Shown here in pieces: positions 15,801-22,455 of a DNA stretch of 22,455 bases; position 1 is the first letter of the stretch; every line of letters starts with the position of its first letter. The notes under the pieces are model-generated. The model saw only the letters and a list, made by a program, of their open reading frames with translations, was not told where the DNA came from and searched no databases. A program made the translations under genes and the position numbers. This DNA is from Candidatus Heimdallarchaeota archaeon (GTDB lineage Archaea; Asgardarchaeota; Heimdallarchaeia; Hodarchaeales; Hodarchaeaceae). The stretch spans positions 1-22,455 of the forward strand of contig JBHLSH010000067.1 of assembly GCA_048881705.1 (NCBI GenBank). Reading direction: 5' to 3'.

Positions 15801-18314
15801 TAGGTCCTTGACAAAATCTAAGAGCAGCTCATAATTCACAACTTCGGTTTGGAACATCAGGGACGCCAAATACTTCATGTAGTCCCAAGCCATGTTGTGT
15901 TCGCCAACCGCCTTGAGCTTAGTGATGAATTTTATACAGAACTCGGAAACCTCTGTAATTTTTTGTTCATCCAACAAACGGGCGAGTTCTAGGTTTGCCA
16001 TCTCTTGAGCAGTCAAGATCGCCTTACTGCTCAATAATTCGTCAACATAATTGAATATAATTTCTTGCCGTTCCTTGGGATCGCGTATTGTTTGTAGAGC
16101 TTTCTGAATATACGATTTAGAATGTGCACGGTCACCTAATTTTCCAAAGAGATCACCTAAGGTCAACTGTTTCTCGATCCGCTTGGTTTCCTCGTTTGCA
16201 TATGCTTGATCAATGAGACTTTCAGCGAATTTCAAGTAATTCCTTGCAGCTTCGGCCTCTCTCAATGTGATAAGCCCTCTAACAATGTCTAAACTAAAGT
16301 CAACCGCATCATCGACTCTTTTCAGCTCATAAAAGAGTTTAATCGCCTGATTGCCGAGATTACAGGCTTTCCTGTAATTGGTCGCATCTAGAAGGTATCG
16401 AGAGGCCTCCAATGCAACTTCTAGGGCCTTTTCTCTTTTATTTTGGTTTTCAGCCGTTAGAATGAACCGATCCACATATTTCGTGTATGTGTCCTTGTTC
16501 TTTGACTCCTTCAGGAACTGTAGTGTCTTCTCAATAGACTCCATTAGTTCAAAGTATTGCTTCTGCTCTTCCTGAACTTCGAACGCGACGTCAAGTAAGT
16601 ATACAATGTCTTTGTTATAAGTCTCTCTCTGCTCACGAGGAATTGTTTCTGGTTCGGCCTTGCCAAGCTGTTCTATTGCAAAGTGGGCGTATCGGACAGC
16701 ATTTTCCCATTGAACTGTTTGCAGTCTAGCCTTTTTGTAAAGATCGATCTGCTTTTTTCCTAGGTTAAGTACGGGAGCAATAACGTCAAGGGAGCCCTCT
16801 TCAATTAAATAGCGATCCAAGAGCAATCCACAAAGATTTGCTGCAATGAGGAATTTTTCTTGCTCTGCTAAGGGATCTAATGATGACTCGACAAACTCGT
16901 ATGCAATATTTTTATCTACCTCCAGGAGGTCTTCAGTCAGTTGATTTCGAAATTTACCTGCCTTAGAAGTCTTTTTTTGGCGGTCATAATAGTGAATGAG
17001 CTTTTTTCCAAACTGAAGAAGCCCAGTTGCATTTTGTTCCTTCCTTGCTCTTTCAAACAGAACCTCTGTACCTTTAACAGCTTCTTTCAAGTTTCCCTCT
17101 TTCTCATATCCTTCGATAACCTTTAGGAAATGGCCCATGGCTACATTGAGAACAATATCGCTGATAGGCCGTTGTGCTAGTTGTTCCATGACCTTTTGGA
17201 TCTTCTCGCTTTCATCATACAGTATACTAAAGGAGATCTGTGGCACATTCTGGTTGATTAATTTCGCAATTGCATCGTGGTCTATCTCAACTTCCTGCAA
17301 ATCGGAAGAAGTTCCGTCCCTGTACTTGAAAAGAGCGAACCAACGATCTAATTGTCTATAAACCACAAATATAGTCCTCCCAGATTTTTCAATTGGTATT
17401 TCTTTTATGGGTATTGGTTGACCTTTGCTTACAAAGTCGGTTAACTCCGCAACGAACCGGTCTAGATCATTTGCATTTTTGAATTTCGAAGTATCGAATG
17501 CGGAAAGATCAACCATGGCAAGTTCGGCCTCTGCAACTTCAAACTCCTTTGCCCGATCCGCTGTTACGCCTTCGGTCATATCACTGCTAGTTGTTTCAAT
17601 TTCCCCTATTTCTTCCAAGAATTCTCCAGGGTTTTGAATCGTTTTCTCGATCTTTTCAGCTGACTCATATATGGCAGAAAAGGAAAGAAACTCTATTCCA
17701 GCCTTGGTGATCATGTTAACAAGATCGTCTTGATTCACAGAATCCCTGGTGTATTTTTTCCTAACCACCTGTTTTTCTCCGTCAAACAACACCACAGCGT
17801 ATTTCCCATCTTTAGTATGATAGATCCCTGCTTCCCCGTTACGCGAATAGGGCATTTCAAACTTGTGTAATAGCTTATCACCATATTCAACAAGTTGCTT
17901 TTTGACAGGTACCGAAGCTACTTGTGGTGATGGAGTTCCGACCATCTCTGCAGGATGCTTTTCCTTTGTAATCTTTTTAGCCTCTTGAATTGGGGGCTGC
18001 GGTTTTTCGGATGTGACTGAACGACTATCATCACCTAGATCTAGCTCTCTAAACGCTTTAATATGTTCTAATAATAGGTCAGCTACATCGAAAATAGCGG
18101 AAAAACTGAAAAATTCAATTTCTGCCTCCGAAAGTAATTCTACAAGCGTATCCTGGACGAAAGGTCCTGTGAGCGTGCTCGTTTTGATGAGACGTTCATT
18201 CTGATAAAATTTCAGTACATATTCATCACGCTTAAGACTTTCGTGAATCTCACATTCCACGCCAGACGTGGACGGAAGTTCCAGTCTAACTTGTTTTTCT
18301 TCCCGGGTTGCCAT
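12894..18314 (-). CDS. Giant (~1806 aa) scaffold-like protein: three N-terminal repeats of an ~80-aa beta/alpha domain, a long TPR/SNAP-like alpha-solenoid and an acidic Pro-rich disordered tail
   Basis: Uninterrupted 5.4-kb ORF; ATG at 18314 preferred over TTG at 18368. Helical-repeat periodicity from about 17170 to 13914. E/D/P/S-rich tail at 12894-13913. Stop codon overlaps the gcvT stop. Confidence 0.85.
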   Translation of the reverse strand: MATREEKQVRLELPSTSGVECEIHESLKRDEYVLKFYQNERLIKTSTLTGPFVQDTLVELLSEAEIEFFSFSAIFDVADLLLEHIKAFRELDLGDDSRSVTSEKPQPPIQEAKKITKEKHPAEMVGTPSPQVASVPVKKQLVEYGDKLLHKFEMPYSRNGEAGIYHTKDGKYAVVLFDGEKQVVRKKYTRDSVNQDDLVNMITKAGIEFLSFSAIYESAEKIEKTIQNPGEFLEEIGEIETTSSDMTEGVTADRAKEFEVAEAELAMVDLSAFDTSKFKNANDLDRFVAELTDFVSKGQPIPIKEIPIEKSGRTIFVVYRQLDRWFALFKYRDGTSSDLQEVEIDHDAIAKLINQNVPQISFSILYDESEKIQKVMEQLAQRPISDIVLNVAMGHFLKVIEGYEKEGNLKEAVKGTEVLFERARKEQNATGLLQFGKKLIHYYDRQKKTSKAGKFRNQLTEDLLEVDKNIAYEFVESSLDPLAEQEKFLIAANLCGLLLDRYLIEEGSLDVIAPVLNLGKKQIDLYKKARLQTVQWENAVRYAHFAIEQLGKAEPETIPREQRETYNKDIVYLLDVAFEVQEEQKQYFELMESIEKTLQFLKESKNKDTYTKYVDRFILTAENQNKREKALEVALEASRYLLDATNYRKACNLGNQAIKLFYELKRVDDAVDFSLDIVRGLITLREAEAARNYLKFAESLIDQAYANEETKRIEKQLTLGDLFGKLGDRAHSKSYIQKALQTIRDPKERQEIIFNYVDELLSSKAILTAQEMANLELARLLDEQKITEVSEFCIKFITKLKAVGEHNMAWDYMKYLASLMFQTEVVNYELLLDFVKDLLKLNAVDHAAYMLDQLEALQLKNKDYTRAIDNLSRFVEHLLNETDRFDLVEKYTHKISETYRAMGDPEGAIERLLVFQEEILEKSIDLAQKITDEILKELESKEDYQKAIDLVSRIINKQIEQERYQDAYIFSVQNARYLESLGSIDEVVGYLESVRNKFIEKAQYENSDRMTDLILRFGRGHKRYPLVIASVKKYLDKVRERGDSVAITRFTLEMAKLLEEAGKGSESLKTLQMVFNQIYESDKANALNILRRILKLREDSDDFKKIASRYLIPLVEEHPDPEVIDTIKQTLSPSFDEFTAFSENFYDKLIKSGSLSEEMGENLVDFVMSVYMEGSGVEGDRLSEKYTSILLEADLISSASRLMSGMLENTEKSLVDMLPSAFGFIKGLISRTLLEGAREFTDRIIRTITNQERFGHEGRLLAAKIAEKFTLYVAAENPDLASEYAYQASDFYRSINDFEGVLNVYTSLADEVASPRQAIRTLQRGITLCEKYNANKHAALLQAKMTEFLMRIKDQKAGSSFQKALEKLEGVEDFELLFNTVVRLLKEGIAADNVTLVKSYVDYACRLGGMINTGEKLGGILVFLSRYAKRSNDADLEASVENYLSEFEIKARKYKKEYTELEKKRLAYESVEEEEITAPEAAEIREEFVAPPELVETSEFLSPSLQVPPESSELSEEFLKEEVAEEVAGIVEESIVMKSVPEVSDSPEPEIPEVDSSILPPPEDKIETSTQTSLSQEEAMSLFPQEHRIEDQTPAEDRPVRLTDEDVESLFAPVASDSPSMDSEPIPDLGTLEEPQVSSEEWKVDVFGRLIRKEAEPIPEEEKETTSPSIEAPPAEAIPDLTPLEILIHEEESARKHAEEVSIPPEEIVETQAEPGESPFSSQTTSLPVTSIMDALSEDEMSGDKDIFSIPEVSYEEIPDKVPEEKLSEAPAVQPPSLTDMFSDALSELGGISGKTGEKAKKKDED
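17178..18296 (-). repeat. Three protein-level repeats at the N-terminus of the giant ORF
   Basis: R1 18051-18296 (..QDTLVELLSEAEIEFFSFSAIFDVAD..), R2 17628-17876 (..QDDLVNMITKAGIEFLSFSAIYESAE..), R3 17178-17420 (..HDAIAKLINQNVPQISFSILYDESE..). Each begins with a [LMI]P-x-x-x-G-type strand region. Confidence 0.8.
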
Positions 18315-18538
18315 CTCTAAAAACTCTATGACAAATTTAACTGTACAGGTGGTTCGAATAGATTTCAAACTTCAATGAATAAAAAGAAGTCTCTTTATTT
18401 TTCCTTGCCAGATTCTTATCCTCAAAACATGTAATGTTATGGGGGAAAGATGAAAAAGGTTTCTATATCATATTAATGGGCATCATTTCACCCAGTTACG
18501 ATCATGTGGTGAGTAAAAAGCTAGAATTTAAACCATTA

Positions 18539-19150
18539 TTAGAAACGAATCAAGACACAACGTGCAGGGGCCCCATCAAGACCTTTGAATTTTAATGGAA
18601 GACAAACACAGAAATAATGCCCAATAGGAACATGATGTAATGCCAATCCTTCAATGATTGGGATACCAGCTCTTAACAATAACCTATGGTTCACAAGATC
18701 AGAATGTGCCGCTCTATCTATAGATAAGGTGTCAATCCCGATGGCCTTAATTCCTTGTTGGATAAAAAACTGGATGAGCTCCGGATTAAGGTGTCCTGCC
18801 CCTGCTACCTGAGGATTATTTACATGAGTTTTGAAAAGCAAGATTGTGTCTCGTAGGGGTATCGTCTCCTTGAAGTTATCCGCGTGCATGCCTTCAGGGT
18901 CGTTCAACATAACTACCTCCGCGTCTCCAATCAAAGATGACAAGGAAACCAGGTCGATGGTTTTTGCATCTGGGATAATGTGAGCTGGCGCGTCGACATG
19001 AGTACCTGTATGAGAATTAAATTCTATCCAGGTTATTGCAGCAGAGGAGGTTTCAGTTTGGGAAACTTGAACTGTAAAGCGAGGGGGAGGATCCCCAGGA
19101 TAGACCGACATCTGAGGGTGAATGGATGCGGAAATGTCAAAGATTTCCAT
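18539..19150 (-). CDS. Cyclase family metal-dependent hydrolase (kynurenine formamidase KynB/arylformamidase-like)
   Basis: HTGTHVDAPAH (HxGTHxDxPxH), VYPGDP, GIDTLSID, IIEGL and LPLK..GLDGAPAR. Confidence 0.9.
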   Translation of the reverse strand: MEIFDISASIHPQMSVYPGDPPPRFTVQVSQTETSSAAITWIEFNSHTGTHVDAPAHIIPDAKTIDLVSLSSLIGDAEVVMLNDPEGMHADNFKETIPLRDTILLFKTHVNNPQVAGAGHLNPELIQFFIQQGIKAIGIDTLSIDRAAHSDLVNHRLLLRAGIPIIEGLALHHVPIGHYFCVCLPLKFKGLDGAPARCVLIRF

Positions 19151-19189
19151 AAAACAGACTGAATTCCAGTAACAGGAAAAATCTTACTG

Positions 19190-20446
19190 TTATTGCGACT
19201 TATCAACATAAATTTTAATTAGATTGACCACAGTTTCTACCGATTTTTCCATAGCTATGACAGGTACGAATTCTTTCTTACTGTGAAAATTCATGGCGCC
19301 AGAAAAGATATTGGGTGTGGGAAGTCCCATGTAACTCAGTCGAGCGCCGTCAGTACCACCGCGAACAGCCTTACGAATCACTGGGATCCCGGTCATCTTG
19401 ATAGCCTCTTCTGCATACTCAATAGCAAATGGGACATCTTCCAACTTGAGTTTCATGTTCCTATATTGTTCTTTGAGATCGAGAATGATTTTTGCTTTAG
19501 GAAAACGCTCCTTAACCGATTCTATTACCCTTTCTACATATTCCATCTTGCTCTTCAATTCGTTATAGTCGAAATCTCGGATTATAAAACTAAATGCTGT
19601 CTCATTTACATTTCCTTGGACGTTATAGGCATGGAAATACCCCTCCATTCCCTCGGTTGTCTCTGGGGCCTGATCCAAAGGAAATCTGTTAACAATCTCT
19701 GCCATGATGCGAACCGCGTTGACAAGCTTATCCTTCGCATAACCAGGATGAAAATTGAATCCCTTGACAGTAACCGTACCTCCTGCAGCATTAAATGTCT
19801 CGGATTCCAAGACCCCCATCTCATCGCCATCAATTGTATAGCCAATATCAGCCCCTAGAGCTTCGACATCAAGCGCATCCACTCCATGGCCAACTTCCTC
19901 ATCGGGTGTAAATACAATTTTTAGTGTTCCATGTTTAATGGAAGGATTCGACAGAAGAGTAGCAACCACTGTCATTATTACTGCTATTCCAGCTTTATTA
20001 TCGCCACCGAGTAATGTGGTTCCATCAGAAGTTACAATGTCACTCCCGACGAACCGTTTTAGTTTTGGGGTATCTTCAGTGGATAAAATGAGATCTGGAT
20101 TATTTGGAAAGGTGATTACCCCACCGTCGTAATTTCTAACAACACGGGGCCTAACGTTTTCACCTGGTTCTTCAGGGGATGTGTCCATATGCGCGAGCAA
20201 ACACAGGACAGGTACCTTTTCTGTTTCCTCAGAGGACATATTTGAGGGTATTGTGGTGATCACATAGCAATTTTTAGTCACCGTAACCTCAGAAAGCCCA
20301 AATGCTTTTAATTCATCTCGAAGTAAGTTTGCAAGGTTAAACTGGCGTTCAGTGCTTGGAATTTCCTCTATTCCAGGCTGACTGGTGGTATGAACTTTTA
20401 CATACCGTAGAAATCTATCCAATACATTTGAGGGCATGGTTGACAT
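19190..20446 (-). CDS. pepT: Peptidase T (tripeptide aminopeptidase, M20B)
   Basis: LLAHMDTS, TDGTTLLGxDxKAG-type motif (TSDGTTLLGGDNKAG), FTPDEEVG, YTIDG, HPGYAK, RGGTDG and NFHS..E. Confidence 0.95.
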   Translation of the reverse strand: MSTMPSNVLDRFLRYVKVHTTSQPGIEEIPSTERQFNLANLLRDELKAFGLSEVTVTKNCYVITTIPSNMSSEETEKVPVLCLLAHMDTSPEEPGENVRPRVVRNYDGGVITFPNNPDLILSTEDTPKLKRFVGSDIVTSDGTTLLGGDNKAGIAVIMTVVATLLSNPSIKHGTLKIVFTPDEEVGHGVDALDVEALGADIGYTIDGDEMGVLESETFNAAGGTVTVKGFNFHPGYAKDKLVNAVRIMAEIVNRFPLDQAPETTEGMEGYFHAYNVQGNVNETAFSFIIRDFDYNELKSKMEYVERVIESVKERFPKAKIILDLKEQYRNMKLKLEDVPFAIEYAEEAIKMTGIPVIRKAVRGGTDGARLSYMGLPTPNIFSGAMNFHSKKEFVPVIAMEKSVETVVNLIKIYVDKSQ

Positions 20447-20479
20447 TTTCCTTCTTAAATAAACAAATCTATAAACGTA

Positions 20480-20956
20480 TTAAAAGGATGCAAAAACTGG
20501 TGTCAAGTCTCGAACCATAGGTATAGAAGATTCAGGACACAATTTTGTGAATTCCTCGGTTTTTTTGATCCTATCGTCCACCTCATCCCTCCTAAGCGAT
20601 CTAAAACCAAATTTTTGGAAATATACTTTCCCGGTTTCAGTCAGGAGATAAACGCGCTCGACTCCCTCGTTATGGGCACGGTTCATCATGTGATCGACCA
20701 ATTGCTTCCCTAGACTTCTTCCTTGCCAATCCGGATGTACCGCCACTGATCGTAGAAGAGCAATACTGCCATAAACCTCAAGCCCAGCACAACCAACTAT
20801 CTGATCTTGATTCCTTAGAACAACAAAATTAGCCAGCTGGCTTTCGACATCTTCTACTGGAAGTTTAAAACGTTTCAGGAGAGAAAGGACTGATGAAAGA
20901 TGATTAGGGGCAGCAGTTTCAAATTCCAGCTCCTTGATTTCCATTTTGTCACTCAA
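20480..20956 (-). CDS. GNAT N-acetyltransferase, ArsN2/short ArgA-like
   Basis: LP.ED, IVGCAGLE.YG..ALLRSVAV.P..QG..LG, VYLLTET, YF...GF and EF..LCP.S...M. The start may be the ATG at 20944. Confidence 0.85.
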   Translation of the reverse strand: MSDKMEIKELEFETAAPNHLSSVLSLLKRFKLPVEDVESQLANFVVLRNQDQIVGCAGLEVYGSIALLRSVAVHPDWQGRSLGKQLVDHMMNRAHNEGVERVYLLTETGKVYFQKFGFRSLRRDEVDDRIKKTEEFTKLCPESSIPMVRDLTPVFASF

Positions 20957-21109
20957 TCCACGAACGAACGAAGGATCTTAAAATGATACCTTCTGGGTAA
21001 TGCAAGTCTCTCGTGCAATAAAGAAATCCGATATTCTCCTATTAATAGCTGGCTTTACTTTACAATTTCCCATATTTTTTTAGTCTAAATGTGATACTTG
21101 TGATTTTCT

Positions 21110-21694
21110 CTAGATTTCTTCTTCCTCCTCAAGTTGTTTTTGTCTTAAATAGATCCTTTGTCCCTTCCTAGTCAGCTGATGTCGTTTAGCTGGTCTTCCT
21201 CGTCTTCTTTTTTTCGATTTTACCTTCACAGGAAGCGGTATGTCTGAACCTGCTTCTGTAGATGGGGTAGGAGGGGGCGAGCTTCTTTGAACCTCTATCA
21301 ATCCCATTTCGGAGAGCTCCTTAAGTTCTTTATTTAACGTTCGGGTGGAGACCTGAGCCCTTTCGCTCAATTCAGCTACATTAACGGTCGGATCCTTGTT
21401 AAGGTGATGGAGAATTGCTCTTCGGGTACGTCTTAACTCTCCTAGTTCAGGTTGTGTTCGAATATACCTTTCAAGTACTATTTGACCCCGCTCTGTTAAA
21501 ATCAATGAGTTAGAATGTGGAGGTTCCCGAGTGATGAACCCCACCAGCTCTAACTCCTTTAAACGGCGATAAATAGTCGCAGTAGTGAGCTCAGACCTTA
21601 ATTGGTGGTGTATGTCGCTGCTCGTCTGGTTAGGATTCCTACTTATATACTCCAAGATTTGCCTCGTACCTTTCGCCGCCAAAACATCAAACAA
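21110..21694 (-). CDS. Tandem winged helix-turn-helix DNA-binding protein with a Pro-rich/basic wing insertion
   Basis: Two wHTH units (TTATIYRRLKELELVGFI..LTERG; VSTRTLNKELKELSEMGLI..LTRKG). TTG start with a GAGGTG SD at 21702-21707. KKRRRGRPAK in the second wing. Confidence 0.8.
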   Translation of the reverse strand: MFDVLAAKGTRQILEYISRNPNQTSSDIHHQLRSELTTATIYRRLKELELVGFITREPPHSNSLILTERGQIVLERYIRTQPELGELRRTRRAILHHLNKDPTVNVAELSERAQVSTRTLNKELKELSEMGLIEVQRSSPPPTPSTEAGSDIPLPVKVKSKKRRRGRPAKRHQLTRKGQRIYLRQKQLEEEEEI

Positions 21695-21714
21695 GAGATC
21701 GCACCTCGTGGTGC

Positions 21715-22455
21715 CTATTCATCATGATCTCCAGGAGCCATCTGATTAGATATCGTTTGTTGCATGGCAGGAGTCTCTGTAACATTTGATTCACGTCGAA
21801 CCATTCCTGAACCTGAACGTCGCTGACCTTTAAGTATATCAATGTGCTCTTTGGCAGCATAAAGGTGAAGCGGAACTCCTTCATATTGAATACAAATCCC
21901 TTGCCATTTTTGGTCAGAAAACCGATATAATTGGCCAGCTCCAGTGGCATCATCCTTGGTTATTTTTATCTTAGAAAATTCCTTCCGAAGATATTGATCC
22001 AAATCAGAGGGTATTTTTCCTTTGGTCTCTTTTTCCTTTAGAAACATCCAATCTGCTAAAAATCCTTTCAGCACTAATTCACTGAATTGAGGCCATAAGT
22101 TGGGTGATCCATAAATCTCCACCCCCAATATTTTTCCCCCATAAAATACAACCAATCCGACCTGGCCCTTGATCTGAACTGCTGGCGTAAGCTTTTCTAA
22201 AAGCTCAGACAAATTCTTTTCTTCTGTGTATGCGTGCTCCTGAATTTCTCTGAATGATCTTGTGGGTGCCTCAGCTTGCCCATACCCTAAAACAGAGGAT
22301 GCAGCAGCTATAGAATCCCACATGATCCCTTGAGTAGTTTGATTGGTCGAAATGTTTGCCATATGGCTAGCCAACCGCGTTTTGGCTGATCTAAATTTGT
22401 GGGATGTCGCCGCGCCTCGCGAGTTGCGATAAGACCAACGAGATTGTTCAATACA
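21715..22455 (-). CDS. ARPP-1/DUF6569 family protein, 5' end outside the window
   Basis: The frame is open to the window edge and reads CIEQSRW..F.SA..(R)LASHM..Q..QG.MWD.I..., then GQVGLVVFYGGKILGVEIYGSP.LW......L..F..D, matching ARPP-1 family motifs (C[VI]EQ.RW, Q..VW, GQ.G.....G....E.F). Confidence 0.7.
   Translation of the reverse strand, partial: CIEQSRWSYRNSRGAATSHKFRSAKTRLASHMANISTNQTTQGIMWDSIAAASSVLGYGQAEAPTRSFREIQEHAYTEEKNLSELLEKLTPAVQIKGQVGLVVFYGGKILGVEIYGSPNLWPQFSELVLKGFLADWMFLKEKETKGKIPSDLDQYLRKEFSKIKITKDDATGAGQLYRFSDQKWQGICIQYEGVPLHLYAAKEHIDILKGQRRSGSGMVRRESNVTETPAMQQTISNQMAPGDHDE

Noticed and set aside
13252-18204. Numerous plus-strand ORFs within the giant gene
   Set aside because: Antisense shadows of a Glu-rich coding strand (Ser/Phe-rich translations).
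19283-19858. 191-aa plus-strand ORF
   Set aside because: Fully antisense to the highly conserved pepT; no recognisable domain.
20480-20956. Arsenic-resistance locus based on the ArsN2-like GNAT
   Set aside because: No arsR, arsC, acr3 or arsM nearby; family resemblance alone does not support the function.
21687-21953. 88-aa minus-strand ORF overlapping the ARPP-1 3' end and the wHTH start
   Set aside because: Alternative frame of a well-supported gene; no motif.
1-22455. CRISPR arrays, IS/transposases, integrases, rRNA/tRNA, Sec/Pyl readthrough
   Set aside because: No regularly spaced repeats, terminal inverted repeats, recombinase motifs, cloverleafs, or split ORFs requiring recoding were seen.

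Overview
Gene-dense archaeal window, inferred to be Asgard (Heimdallarchaeia/Hodarchaeales-like). The inference rests on archaeal housekeeping genes (aCPSF1/FttA, glycerol-1-phosphate dehydrogenase, TrmI, archaeal-type SHMT) mixed with several eukaryote-signature-like genes. Recognisable genes are aCPSF1, egsA, trmI, glyA, gcvT, a KynB-like cyclase, pepT, an ArsN2/ArgA-like GNAT, a tandem winged-helix protein and a 5'-truncated ARPP-1/DUF6569 gene. The most interesting items are: (i) an ~1800-aa protein with a thrice-repeated unrecognised N-terminal domain, a ~1100-aa alpha-solenoid and an acidic disordered tail carrying short hydrophobic motifs; (ii) a type I membrane protein that aligns by eye with the luminal and TM region of eukaryotic TRAP-alpha, including both N-glycosylation sequons; (iii) a uDENN/longin-like domain fused to a degenerate gelsolin-like domain; (iv) an intact Rpn11-type JAMM protease with a beta-sandwich tail, translationally coupled to trmI; and (v) a pseudo-zincin, an orphan ~10-TM protein and a PC4-like small protein. 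I saw no tRNA, rRNA, CRISPR array or mobile element. All family calls come from motif recognition by eye; no searches were run.
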